DNA of 38,809 nt from Chitinophaga sp. (GCF_036566945.1 NZ_DATCVJ010000399.1:1-38809), one strand, 5' to 3'. Shown: positions 1 through 9,821, counted from the stretch's first letter. A program made the numbers and translations. Notes: generated by a model from the letters alone, not told the origin.

Positions 1-9
1 ACAATCATC

Positions 10-51
10 AAAATCCTGAAAATCCTGAGAAAGACAATCGCCGAAGGCGAT
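10..51. repeat. REP-like element / hairpin downstream of the DUF1080 gene
   Basis: AAAATCCTG x2 direct repeat (10-27) followed by a perfect hairpin ATCGCC-GAA-GGCGAT (37-51). May be truncated by the window edge. Confidence 0.4.
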
Positions 52-71
52 CCCCTCCGCTACTCCGCGCA

Positions 72-833
72 CTACAAACGTTTCAGCATAATATGCCGGT
101 ATTCCACCTTCATCGGCGGACCAACGTGTACCTGTACGCCCAGTAAGCCTTTTGACTTGCCGTTAACTTTATCATTATCGGTTACATCACTCATCAGCAC
201 GTCGTTGATGTAGTGTTGTAAATGGTTACCTCTTACAATAAGATGGCATTTATTCCAGTCTTCACTTTTGATCAGTGTTTTCAGGGAGTCGCTGCTACCC
301 AAAGAACCGGTTACCAGGGCCGCCGTCCAGGCGTTGTTTTTGATGCCATCTCCCAAGGAGGTGGTAGGCGCCGGAATCGTGGTTTTTTGTCCGCGATAGG
401 CGAGGGTAGTGCGTCCACGTTCTTCGTAGTTCTGGCCGGTGTAGTTGTTGGCGCCATCAATATCTGCCTGATAGCCTTTGAGGGCATTGGGTACATTTTC
501 TACCATCACGCTGCGGTAGTTGATGCCACTGTTGCCGCCATTGGTAATTTTAAACTCACAGGTGAGTTCAAAGTTGGCTGGTTGCCCGCCTTGCCAGATC
601 AGGAAGGTATTGGTTTTGATCAGTGTTTGTGGCGTTACTTCGCCTACCAGGTTACCATTTTCTGCGCGCCAGTGAATACCATCACCTTCCCAGCCTTTTA
701 ATGTTTTACCATCAAAGATTTCTACGAAGCCACTATAGTTGCCCATGCTGCTGCTGGTTTGACAGCTGCTGGCGGAAAACAGCGTAGCCGCTGCCACCAG
801 CGGAATAAACAATGTGCGGGTTCTTTTCAGCAT
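72..833 (-). CDS. DUF1080 (3-keto-disaccharide hydrolase / hydratase family) lipoprotein
   Basis: Family motifs IFDGKTLKGW, GNSGI, GYQAD, WN, QVH. Start moved to ATG 833 (MLKRTRTLF..SASSC lipobox); the track's longer N-terminus runs through an intergenic repeat. Confidence 0.85.
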   Translation of the reverse strand: MLKRTRTLFIPLVAAATLFSASSCQTSSSMGNYSGFVEIFDGKTLKGWEGDGIHWRAENGNLVGEVTPQTLIKTNTFLIWQGGQPANFELTCEFKITNGGNSGINYRSVMVENVPNALKGYQADIDGANNYTGQNYEERGRTTLAYRGQKTTIPAPTTSLGDGIKNNAWTAALVTGSLGSSDSLKTLIKSEDWNKCHLIVRGNHLQHYINDVLMSDVTDNDKVNGKSKGLLGVQVHVGPPMKVEYRHIMLKRL

Positions 834-858
834 AGTTGTTATTTTAAGATGTTTATTT

Positions 859-967
859 TTCGTGTATCCACGGGAGCCGGGAATGTTTCGTATACCCGTT
901 GTAGATAGTTGTTTTCGTATATCCTCCGGAGACAGATACCTTCGTATATCCACCGGCGATAGTTATG
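859..967. repeat. Degenerate 27-bp tandem repeat, 4 copies (core TTCGTRTAYCC)
   Basis: Cores start at 859, 887, 914 and 941 (spacing 28, 27, 27). Copies 3 and 4 are ttcgtatatcctccggagacagatacc and ttcgtatatccaccggcgatagttatg. Confidence 0.75.
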
Positions 968-2114
968 CGGCGTTAGTGTCTTTCCAGGTGCCGCTGTTGG
1001 CCGAGTCCAGTACTGCCTGGCAAACTTTCTGTGTTTCGAACGCCTCTTTAAAGGTAGGAGAACAGGGCGCACCGGTTTCCAGGCTTAACAGGAAGTCAGC
1101 TACCTGGTGAACGAAAGAATGTTCATAGCCGATGCCCAGTCCCGGTACCCACCATTTATCCATGTAAGGCTGGTCGCCATCCGTTACATGGATGGAGCGC
1201 CATCCGCGCAGCGTAGAGTCGTCCGCGTTATCGAAGTATTCCAGGCGGTTTAAATCATGCAGATCCCAGCGGATAGATGCATGTTCGCCATTGATTTCGA
1301 ACGTATATAAGGCTTTATGTCCGCGGGCGTAACGGGTTGATTCAAAGAGTCCCAGTGAGCCGTTGTTGAAGCGGCACAGGAAGGAACAGGCGTCGTCGAT
1401 ATTCACTTTTTCTACTTTGCCGGTGAGCTGGTGCATGCGTTCTTTCACAAAGGTTTCCGTCATAGCGGTAACCGTGGAAATGCTGCCATTCAGCCATAAC
1501 GCGGTGTCGATGCAATGGGAGAGCAGATCACCCAACACGCCGGAACCGGCTACATCTGCATCCATACGCCACAAGCCTTCACCACCCTGGGGCAGGTTGG
1601 CGTTAATGGTCCAGTCCTGCAGGAAATTGGCGCGGTAGTGAAAAATGCGGCCCAGTTTTCCGGAGTCGATAATTTTTTTGGCTAAGGTAACTGCCGGTAA
1701 ACGGCGGTAGTTGTACCATACGGTATTGGGCACGCCTGCTTTTTCTATCGCCGTTACCATGCCTTCAGATTCTGCGAGGGTCCGTGCCAGCGGCTTCTCA
1801 CAAAGGATCATTTTACCAGCGGCGGCAGCAGCGATCGCAATTTCTGCGTGCATATCATTGGGCGTACAGATATCTACGGCATCTATATCTTCTCTGGCCA
1901 GTAGTGCTTTCCAGTCGGTTTCTACAGATTCATAGCCCCACTGATCTGCAAAAGCACGGGCTTTACTTTCGGTGCGGGAACATACTGCTTTCAGCACCGG
2001 CACATAGGCCAGTTGAGGGAAAAAATTCTTTACACGCAGGTACCCATTGGAATGGGTTCTGCCCATAAAGCCACAGCCTATTAATCCTATCCGCAGTTCT
2101 TTCTTTGGTGTCAT
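963..2114 (-). CDS. Gfo/Idh/MocA NAD(P)-dependent sugar dehydrogenase
   Basis: GLIGCGFMG Rossmann motif, [28 protein letters not shown] 2114 preferred over GTG 2123. Confidence 0.92.
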   Translation of the reverse strand: MTPKKELRIGLIGCGFMGRTHSNGYLRVKNFFPQLAYVPVLKAVCSRTESKARAFADQWGYESVETDWKALLAREDIDAVDICTPNDMHAEIAIAAAAAGKMILCEKPLARTLAESEGMVTAIEKAGVPNTVWYNYRRLPAVTLAKKIIDSGKLGRIFHYRANFLQDWTINANLPQGGEGLWRMDADVAGSGVLGDLLSHCIDTALWLNGSISTVTAMTETFVKERMHQLTGKVEKVNIDDACSFLCRFNNGSLGLFESTRYARGHKALYTFEINGEHASIRWDLHDLNRLEYFDNADDSTLRGWRSIHVTDGDQPYMDKWWVPGLGIGYEHSFVHQVADFLLSLETGAPCSPTFKEAFETQKVCQAVLDSANSGTWKDTNAA

Positions 2115-2143
2115 AGTTGTCACTGATTTTTTTATTGAAAAAT

Positions 2144-3184
2144 CTATTCCTGCCAGCCATGTAGCTCACGTACATTGATCATGGCGGCGAGGATATCATT
2201 CCAGGTTTTTGCCTGGGTCATCACGGCATTGGGAAACATACAGCCATCCCAGCAAATATGCCGGAAGGCTTTGGTGAGTTCGCCTTTGTTGTCGCGAAGC
2301 CAGTAGCCTGCATCCACGGCGATATTCAATTTGCCGTTGGGATCAGTCGCCAGGCAATGCCGGCCGGTTTTATCGTGCGAACCAGTACCATGTACGGTAC
2401 CGTCATTTTGTGCCACATGAAAATCTATCGTCCACGGACGCAGCGCATCCGTGAGGGTACGCAGTCCAGCTGCCAGCGCATCCCGGTCTTTCCAGTCAAA
2501 ATCAACCGGCAGGATCCGGTCTTCCGGACTGTTATACCCCAACAGGTACAGGAAGGTGTGCGACATATCGGCCTGGAAGCCAATATTAGGGCGGTCTACC
2601 GCCGATAGGGTATCTACCATCGCTTTCCAGCTATGCATGCCACCCCAGCAGATTTCGCCCTCTGCTGCGAGTTTTTCACCGTAGTCGGCGGCTACATCAC
2701 AAGCTTCGCGGAATGTTTGTGCAATCAGTTTCGTATTGCCGGCAGGGTCCTGCGCCCAGCTATCAGGAGTACAGGCTGAGTCGATGCGCACAATACCATT
2801 GGGACGAATTCCCAGTTCCCGCAGCCGTTGGCCTACATGGCAGGACTTGCGTACCTGCTCCACAAAACGCGCCCGCTCTTCTTTGCTGCCCATGGCGGAA
2901 CCACCACTGGGAGGCCAGATGGGCGCCACGAGACTTCCGATTTCCAGGTTATAGGAAGCTACTTTATCTACCAGTCTTTTGAGATCGTCGTCGGAACTAT
3001 CTACGGGTACATGCGGATCAAACAACCCGATGTCGATGCCGTCGAATTTAACACCGTTTACTTCTGCTGCTGCCGTCATTTCCAGCAGGGTGTCAAATGA
3101 AATGATGGGTTCGGAACCATCACCTTTTCCTACAATGCCCGGCCAGGTGGCATTGTGGAGCTTAGGATAATTATTATCTTTCAT
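2144..3184 (-). CDS. Sugar-phosphate isomerase/epimerase-like TIM barrel (AP_endonuc_2 / xylose-isomerase-like)
   Basis: Metal-site pattern LAAEGE..DMSH..FHVAQ..CWDG; 346 aa; sits in a sugar operon. Confidence 0.8.
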   Translation of the reverse strand: MKDNNYPKLHNATWPGIVGKGDGSEPIISFDTLLEMTAAAEVNGVKFDGIDIGLFDPHVPVDSSDDDLKRLVDKVASYNLEIGSLVAPIWPPSGGSAMGSKEERARFVEQVRKSCHVGQRLRELGIRPNGIVRIDSACTPDSWAQDPAGNTKLIAQTFREACDVAADYGEKLAAEGEICWGGMHSWKAMVDTLSAVDRPNIGFQADMSHTFLYLLGYNSPEDRILPVDFDWKDRDALAAGLRTLTDALRPWTIDFHVAQNDGTVHGTGSHDKTGRHCLATDPNGKLNIAVDAGYWLRDNKGELTKAFRHICWDGCMFPNAVMTQAKTWNDILAAMINVRELHGWQE

Positions 3185-3208
3185 AACGCAGTTTTTTTAA
3201 ATCAGTAA

Positions 3209-4408
3209 TTACAGCACCAGGTCGGGGTTACCCGGACCGAAATGTTTCAGCATCACGATGGGATCAGTAGCAGAGGTATTCACAATAGTTACCCCTGCTG
3301 TAGCTGCTGCTTCGGTGATGAAAAACTCATCATTGGTCAGCTGTCCATAACGGATCAGCGCAGGTGTTTCTATATCCCATACGCCCATTTTACCATGGCC
3401 CTGCATGACGATGATACCGTAGGCAGCGGCGTCTTTGATCACCACCGTGGCGCCGGGAGCTACGGTCAATTCCTTGGCACTGAAGGCATCTGATTTATAG
3501 CATACCCAGTTCTCCGTATAGCCGTCACCGCTGGCTGCCAGTTTAGGCGGCATGAAACGGTTCTGGAACTGATTGGGGTCTACGTTCAGCTCCCAGTCTA
3601 TCACATCCATCAGCGCATCATAATCGCCGATGCTTTCTTTGGGCGTGCCGTTCCAGAGCAGTACTTCGGGTACGATCGCTTCGTTTACGAGCGACTGATA
3701 CATCGCGAAAACGTCGGAGGCTTTTTGTGGCTCGTAAGTGCATAAGCTACCGGGTGCATGCAACAGTCCCGGCGGTACATCCCAGCCGGTGCCGGGTTCC
3801 AGGCGGTAAGCCTGAGAGTAGTTGGTGATTTTGTTATCGCCTTTGCTGAAGTTCAAAAGGCATTCTTTGATCTGTTCTTTGGTGGTGCCGGGAGCAATAC
3901 CCATAAATGTATACGGGAAATCGCCACCGTGGTTATTCAGCTGCGGCGGAAAGTAGTAGGCTTCGGGTTTGCCGGCCTGTCCTATCAGCGCTGCTTTTTC
4001 ATCGTTGTGGTGAATGTGGTGGGGGAGCGGTCCCATATTGTCAAAGAATTTGGAATACATGGGCCATGCGCCGTATTGATCCCAGAGTCTTTTGCCGATT
4101 ACTTTATCTTTTAATTCGCTGATGGCATCTTTCAGCAATACCTGTTGGGTGCTGTTGCCATCTTCCACGACTACCATGCTTAAACCCTCATTTTCGCCTG
4201 TTAAAGGCCCGTTCTTCGCCGGAGTGGTAGAGGATAGCCAACGTTCGTCGATACCGCCTCTTTCGCCTCCAAGGACGTAATAATCATCCGGGTGTAATTT
4301 GATCCGCCGGCCTGGCACACAAAATGATCTGGGTACCCAGTTTGGTGCCAGTCGGAGAATCCCTTGTCCCTGTTCGAGTGCTTTTGCAGCTAAGCTTAAT
4401 TTTTCCAT
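3209..4408 (-). CDS. Class I mannose-6-phosphate isomerase-like cupin (substrate unknown)
   Basis: Cupin motifs KFFD..LPHHIH..KPEAYYF..VPPGLLHAPG..YEPQKASDV parallel the PMI-I layout. Confidence 0.7.
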   Translation of the reverse strand: MEKLSLAAKALEQGQGILRLAPNWVPRSFCVPGRRIKLHPDDYYVLGGERGGIDERWLSSTTPAKNGPLTGENEGLSMVVVEDGNSTQQVLLKDAISELKDKVIGKRLWDQYGAWPMYSKFFDNMGPLPHHIHHNDEKAALIGQAGKPEAYYFPPQLNNHGGDFPYTFMGIAPGTTKEQIKECLLNFSKGDNKITNYSQAYRLEPGTGWDVPPGLLHAPGSLCTYEPQKASDVFAMYQSLVNEAIVPEVLLWNGTPKESIGDYDALMDVIDWELNVDPNQFQNRFMPPKLAASGDGYTENWVCYKSDAFSAKELTVAPGATVVIKDAAAYGIIVMQGHGKMGVWDIETPALIRYGQLTNDEFFITEAAATAGVTIVNTSATDPIVMLKHFGPGNPDLVL

Positions 4409-4411
4409 GGC

Positions 4412-5491
4412 TTAATAATGTATGGATGTTGAAAGATCAGTTTTAAATTGTTGAATGGCGGCGGGTGTATGCAGCAGGTCTACCTGCAGTTCATAGTGTC
4501 GCCGTTCTCCCGGCGCCAGCTGTATCAGCGTACCTTCCTTACGGGCCAGCGCCTGTCCGGTGGGTGGATGAGTACCGGGTTCCAGTCCCATCACATATTC
4601 GCCCTTACCCCAGTGTTGCCAGTTGGTGAGCACCGGCAACTGCTGTTTTTTAAAACGCAGGGAAAGTGCCAGCCCTAATGCGGCATTATGTACGCCACAG
4701 GTACACCATCCGTTGGCGTTGGCGGCTACATCAATGATAGCAGCTTCTTCTCCGCCACCAGCATGGCTATCCAGCGGAGCTAAACATTTTTTGTAATTAT
4801 TATCCTGCCGGAAGATGTGATCCGGATTGCCTGCTCTGGAGCGCCAATCACCCTCCCAGCAGATATCTGCACCTTCGTTTACCAGCGGCCAGCCAAAGTT
4901 GAAATGGTACAGCAGCATATGCGGGGCGGTAGTATTGCCGCTGTTGATTACTTCATCATGCACGCGGATCCCCGCTTCGCCCAGTGTACCGGAAATAGTA
5001 CGTTTCAGCAGCAGCTGAGGCCCCAAGGCCTGTACCTGTCGCATGATGCCGGTAATGCTCATCTCCATCTGCCCATTCACCGGGTCGGGTTGGATGATGG
5101 AAACGATTTCAGCGGGCGTATTGCTGATAGGGCCATGCAAGCCGCGTTCCCCATACTCATCGGACTCCGGACCGCCTACATGTGACAAACCGCAGGTGGT
5201 CATTAATCCACCGCCAAAGGTTTGGAGCCAGTCCAAACCTTTGTCAGTTAATCTTTGCGGTGCGGTAACGCCACCATGACTAATCCATGCCAGGCTATGC
5301 TGATTGAAAAAAGCATCTGCAATATCCATCGCACGATCTATCACTACCTTATACCTCAGCCCTGCACCGGTATTGATCCAGGCAATGCGGGTGCCCCTGC
5401 CGGGGCCATTGTCCAGCACCGCCGTTTCTATTCCGCCCAGTTGTAAGTGGTTCGATAGCTTATGTTCCCATGCCTGTTTTTGTATAGCCAT
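4412..5491 (-). CDS. DUF4432 / aldose 1-epimerase (mutarotase-like) family protein
   Basis: DRAMDI, FGGGLMTTCGL, LHG, YHFNFGWP, GLEPGT motifs. Confidence 0.85.
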   Translation of the reverse strand: MAIQKQAWEHKLSNHLQLGGIETAVLDNGPGRGTRIAWINTGAGLRYKVVIDRAMDIADAFFNQHSLAWISHGGVTAPQRLTDKGLDWLQTFGGGLMTTCGLSHVGGPESDEYGERGLHGPISNTPAEIVSIIQPDPVNGQMEMSITGIMRQVQALGPQLLLKRTISGTLGEAGIRVHDEVINSGNTTAPHMLLYHFNFGWPLVNEGADICWEGDWRSRAGNPDHIFRQDNNYKKCLAPLDSHAGGGEEAAIIDVAANANGWCTCGVHNAALGLALSLRFKKQQLPVLTNWQHWGKGEYVMGLEPGTHPPTGQALARKEGTLIQLAPGERRHYELQVDLLHTPAAIQQFKTDLSTSIHY

Positions 5492-5524
5492 CCGCGCGTT
5501 ATTTATCTTCCGAAAAAAAAATAT

Positions 5525-8215
5525 TTATTTTTTTGCCTGCTGAGGTTTCGCAAATATTGCATCCTCTTTGTTACCACCTGCTTTCAGATAAGCCAGCAGA
5601 TCTCTCAGTTCGTCTTCATTCAAACGGTTGATCAATCCGGGCAGCATCACGGAAACAGTAGAGGTTTTAGTACCGGCTACTTCGCTCTTCTTCAACTCCC
5701 GTGTTTCGGTAGTAGCAAAAGGATTCTGGGAAATGATGTATTTATCATTGTCCTGGCTCACCAGACGACCAACTACAGAACCGCCATTCTTCAGTGAGAA
5801 AACAGTGGCGCCATACTGATCAGAAATGGTTTTGCTCGGATTAATGATGGCATCCAGGATATCTTTGCTGGAAAAACGTGTACCCAGCTGCGTTAGATCC
5901 GGACCAGCCACACCACCTTCACCGCGCATACCATGACAGGAGCTGCACAGGGAAGTGGCAAACATGGCCTTGCCCTGCTCAAAGTTGCGGTTGGTTAATC
6001 CACTGTCTACCACCTTCACGGCTTCTTCCAGTTTCCAGTTTCTGCCAGGTCCCTGTGGCTGCGCATATCCCTGGGCCAGGTTACCATTGCTGTTCAGCAA
6101 AGAATCACCTGATACCTGGTTGAAATGCGCAAACTCATTTTTCGGTACGTTGGCCAACGCGTTTTTACGCGCGGTGTTAATGAAGCCAATGAAACTATGT
6201 CCGCCTTTAAAGGTAAAGGCATGATAGAACCATTGGAAATATTGTTCCTGTAAAGCAGGTGTCCAGCCATTTTTAGCCTGACTTAAAACAGTGGCATACC
6301 AGGTTTGCTGTAATGGCGGCATCTTGGAAAGCATACCAGCTATATCCAGCCCGTACTGCGGATTACGCATAATCAGGTCGGCAGATTGCATCGCTGTTTT
6401 TTGGGCAGCGGTATCATCTTTTGCCACCGCCAGTAAGGCCATGGTTTTCTCTACTGCATTCGGTGCATCGAGGTATACCAGCACTTTGCTCAGTGACCTG
6501 TTGAGATCATTGGTGGCAGCCGGATACTGCGGATCAAGATACTTCGCTACCTGGGCAGATAAAGTGGCATCGGGTTTACCCATGCGCACAAATACCAGCT
6601 CAAAGGCACGGAGCAGATCAATCTGTTGGGAAGGCGACAACTGTGCATAGTTGATCGTCATGAGTTGTGGCAACAGCAGCTTCTTCACATCTTCCTTACC
6701 CTGACGGGCCAGCGCAATACTGCTCTGGATCAGTGTTTCAGGATCTTTCTCCTGCAATACTTTATTCTGCCACTGACTTACTGGTTGGTTTTCGATGGCG
6801 ATTCTTGCCGCAAAACGAACAAAGCGATCATCGTTTTTCAGGTAAGGCCATGCAAAATCAACGGCACCTGCTTTAGGCCCACCATGATACGCTTCCAGCT
6901 GTTTGCGGATGTTAGCACCTTCCGTAGGCGTAGTCGCAGCCAACGGTTCGTTGCTTTCTTTATTGTCTTTATAATATACACGATACAGATCTGATTCCAG
7001 TCTGCGGCCACCGGTCAGAAAATACAGCGCGCCATCAGGACCAATCACACCATCTGTCAACGGCAGCGGTGATCCGGAAAGGAATTCTTCTGCGCTGGCT
7101 TTGTAGGAAGCACCTTCAGGCTGCAAATGGATCGCGTAAATAATACCAAAGCTCCAGTCAAATGCAAATAATGATTTGCGGTATTTTTCCGGGAAACGCG
7201 CTTTGCCGCCGTAGATCAGGTTAGTAGGAGAGCCCTGGCCTATGTTTAATAACGGAGGTAAATTATCCGGATAGGCGGGAGACCATTTCTCCGTACCCGG
7301 GCGCCAGCCGTATTCACTGCCACTGGTTACCTGGCAAATACGGGTAGGACGATACCAGGGGGTGCCAAAATCCCATTCCATATCTGAATCATAGGTGAAC
7401 ATGTCACCCTGATCATTAAACGTAAGGTCAAAAGGATTACGGAAGCCAGAGCTGATCAGTTCCCAGTTGGAACCGGTAGAATCAATATGCGCAATCCATC
7501 CGCCATGTGTATTCACCGTATTGTCGTGACCGTTAGGGTCTTTGATCAACGGCAGAATGTTGTCGATGTTCGTGGAGAGCGGATACCGGTAGGTATTCAT
7601 CTCCGGAATTTTGGTAAAATTACCGGCAATCACATAGATGGATTTTCCGTCGGGTGATAACACAATGCTGTGTGGGCCGTGTTCACCTTCTCCATCCAAT
7701 GCTTTCAGCTGTGTGATTTTGTCAAATTGATCATCGCCATCCGTGTCCTGCAAACGGTATAAACCGCTGCCTTTGGTGAAGCGGTCATCACTGTTATGGT
7801 TCACCATTACATACAAACTGTTGAACGCATACAGTAATCCCTGGGCATAACCCATAGACACTTTCTGGCTGGAAGTATCGTTGCCGATATTCAGCTTTTC
7901 AATTTTCAGTTTAGACGAATCTTCCCCTACAGCGGGCAGCTGCAGCCGGTAAAGGAACCCATACTGATCAGACACAATCATACGGCCCTTGTTGTCGAAA
8001 GTCATGGATACCCAGGACCCCTGCTTGTTATCGCCGGGACTGTATAATCGCTCTGCCTTGAAATTATCAGGTAATTTCAACGCATCGATTTTCGGATTTC
8101 CGGTTCCTTTGTCTTTCGACGTTGAGTCGTTTCCGTTATTGCAGGCCACACCCGTTATTAAAACGGTGGAAATGATTGCCAACAGCCTGAGTGGTCTTTT
8201 TCTTAACGCGGTCAT
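5525..8215 (-). CDS. PVC-type membrane-bound dehydrogenase-like lipoprotein (beta-propeller + HEAT-like repeats + C-terminal c-type heme domain)
   Basis: Lipobox ITGVAC; propeller motifs GEHGPH, GFRNPFD, DSDMEWD; CxxCH (CSSCH at 5933-5947), GPDL and a distal Met (SVMLPGL). Confidence 0.8.
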   Translation of the reverse strand: MTALRKRPLRLLAIISTVLITGVACNNGNDSTSKDKGTGNPKIDALKLPDNFKAERLYSPGDNKQGSWVSMTFDNKGRMIVSDQYGFLYRLQLPAVGEDSSKLKIEKLNIGNDTSSQKVSMGYAQGLLYAFNSLYVMVNHNSDDRFTKGSGLYRLQDTDGDDQFDKITQLKALDGEGEHGPHSIVLSPDGKSIYVIAGNFTKIPEMNTYRYPLSTNIDNILPLIKDPNGHDNTVNTHGGWIAHIDSTGSNWELISSGFRNPFDLTFNDQGDMFTYDSDMEWDFGTPWYRPTRICQVTSGSEYGWRPGTEKWSPAYPDNLPPLLNIGQGSPTNLIYGGKARFPEKYRKSLFAFDWSFGIIYAIHLQPEGASYKASAEEFLSGSPLPLTDGVIGPDGALYFLTGGRRLESDLYRVYYKDNKESNEPLAATTPTEGANIRKQLEAYHGGPKAGAVDFAWPYLKNDDRFVRFAARIAIENQPVSQWQNKVLQEKDPETLIQSSIALARQGKEDVKKLLLPQLMTINYAQLSPSQQIDLLRAFELVFVRMGKPDATLSAQVAKYLDPQYPAATNDLNRSLSKVLVYLDAPNAVEKTMALLAVAKDDTAAQKTAMQSADLIMRNPQYGLDIAGMLSKMPPLQQTWYATVLSQAKNGWTPALQEQYFQWFYHAFTFKGGHSFIGFINTARKNALANVPKNEFAHFNQVSGDSLLNSNGNLAQGYAQPQGPGRNWKLEEAVKVVDSGLTNRNFEQGKAMFATSLCSSCHGMRGEGGVAGPDLTQLGTRFSSKDILDAIINPSKTISDQYGATVFSLKNGGSVVGRLVSQDNDKYIISQNPFATTETRELKKSEVAGTKTSTVSVMLPGLINRLNEDELRDLLAYLKAGGNKEDAIFAKPQQAKK

Positions 8216-8260
8216 AATATATTCTTAAAATGTTCCTGAGATGATACAATTGGCTTGGGT

Positions 8261-8292
8261 CGTTCACTATAGCTGTAGTAATATAGTGAACG
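8261..8292. other. Perfect 11-bp inverted repeat between susD and the heme-protein gene
   Basis: CGTTCACTATA-N10-TATAGTGAACG; T-rich tail only on the + (antisense) side. Confidence 0.55.
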
Positions 8293-8315
8293 TTTCCACT
8301 TTTTTTCTATTTTTT

Positions 8316-9797
8316 TTACCAGCCGGTATTTTGTTCAAATCCATTCAATCTAATTTCTCTTTCAGGAATCGGATAAAGTAACTGATATGCCTGTATGTTG
8401 TAAGATGCCGGGCTGAGTCTGGTCAAACGCTTTTTTTCTTCGATACCATGCGCAGTCATAACAGATACGGCTTTGCCGGTACGGAGCAGCTGGTACCAGC
8501 GTTGGTCTTCAAACGCCAGCTCTACCCGTTGTTCATGAAATACGGTATCGCGGAAGGCCGATTGATTTAATGCAGGCAGCGGATCTAAACCAGCGCGCAC
8601 ACGTACCGGGTTGATATATTGTAATGGATCGCCATTGCCCGTTTCGTTGATCGCTTCTGCCAGCATCAGCAATACCTGTGAGTAGCGGTATACCGGCCAG
8701 TTTTCATTGGCACGGCCATCGAGCGCATACGGCGGATGATAGAATTTTTTGATGAGCGGTAATTTACCACCAAAGGCAACGGATTCTGCAAAAGCGGTGT
8801 TGGTAGGACTATCATACATAAAAATAGACGCATCCTTTCTTTTGTCTTTCGGCTCATACGCATTCACAATACTGGGAGTAGGCATATTGCAACCACCCAG
8901 GGTACCATTAAAACCGGTCAGGTCTTTTTTACCGTTACGCGGACCAAAAACAAAAATAAAATTGCTGCTTTCTGTTTCCATACCGGCGTTATACTGCACG
9001 GAGAAAACAGATTCTGTATTATTCTTTTTAGCAGGATCAAAATTATCTGCATAATTGTCCACCAGCGAATAATTCAAGCCTACCACCTGTTGCAGGGTGG
9101 TTACCGCTTTAGGATAATCTTTCATGGTCATGTACACATCACCGAGCAGTGTTAAAGCGGCGCCTTTGGTGGCTCTGCCCATATCGCTGGCGCCATAGGT
9201 GGCAGGCAGGCTGGCGGCTGCATCCGTAGCATCTGCAATGATCTGCGCATATACTTCCGCTACACTGGCTTTTTTAGGCGTGGAAGCCTGCTCCGGGCTG
9301 GCCACTTCTTTCACCAATAGTGGCACACCGCCGAAAAGGCGCACGAGGTGAAAGTAGTACAGGGCCCGGAGGAATTTAGCTTCACCGGCGTATTGTTTTT
9401 TAGTGGCTTCGTTGGCAAATGGCACCGCATCAATGCGCGTAAGGATCACATTGGATTGCTGGATGTTGTAATACAATTGTGACCAGGTATTATTTATATA
9501 GTTATTGCTGTTAGTGGTCAGGAATTCATCAATTTCTTCCCGCTGCTGCGCTCCACGGTCACTTTCATCATATTGGTAATTGGTATTGTCTGCTCTCATT
9601 TCAGACATGGCCCAGTAGTCACTGGTATACAGCGTTTGTAATTGGCCATAGGCGCCATTTACGGCACGTAATATCTGCGCTTCGGTGGTGTAATAATTAG
9701 ACCCGCTGGAAAAAGAGCTGGGTTGTACATCCAGCATACTCGTACATCCATTCAGTGCGATCGCTAAAAGCGCGATTAAAGGTATTTTCGTTTTCAT
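8316..9797 (-). CDS. susD: SusD/RagB family outer-membrane lipoprotein
   Basis: Lipobox LNGC; GEAKFLRALYYFHLVRLFGGVP, YRYSQVLLMLAEA, EQRVELAFEDQRW; C-terminal PIP..QNTGW. Confidence 0.95.
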   Translation of the reverse strand: MKTKIPLIALLAIALNGCTSMLDVQPSSFSSGSNYYTTEAQILRAVNGAYGQLQTLYTSDYWAMSEMRADNTNYQYDESDRGAQQREEIDEFLTTNSNNYINNTWSQLYYNIQQSNVILTRIDAVPFANEATKKQYAGEAKFLRALYYFHLVRLFGGVPLLVKEVASPEQASTPKKASVAEVYAQIIADATDAAASLPATYGASDMGRATKGAALTLLGDVYMTMKDYPKAVTTLQQVVGLNYSLVDNYADNFDPAKKNNTESVFSVQYNAGMETESSNFIFVFGPRNGKKDLTGFNGTLGGCNMPTPSIVNAYEPKDKRKDASIFMYDSPTNTAFAESVAFGGKLPLIKKFYHPPYALDGRANENWPVYRYSQVLLMLAEAINETGNGDPLQYINPVRVRAGLDPLPALNQSAFRDTVFHEQRVELAFEDQRWYQLLRTGKAVSVMTAHGIEEKKRLTRLSPASYNIQAYQLLYPIPEREIRLNGFEQNTGW

Positions 9798-9821
9798 GTT
9801 GCTATTCTTTTAGGAACTGAA

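Noticed and set aside
834-953. ORF-track N-terminal extension of the DUF1080 protein (similar extensions on susC, exonuclease, rhaT, GH106, GH78)
   Set aside because: The extensions precede clear signal peptides or family N-termini, or overlap promoters, terminators and repeats. Downstream ATGs fit better.
859-967. CRISPR array interpretation of the 27-bp repeat
   Set aside because: The unit is too short (about 11-16 bp core plus short linker), linkers partly resemble each other, and there are no cas genes in the window.
5932-5939. CATGACAG copy inside the heme-protein gene
   Set aside because: Single, unphased and within the CxxCH codons. About one chance hit per 8-mer is expected in a window this size.
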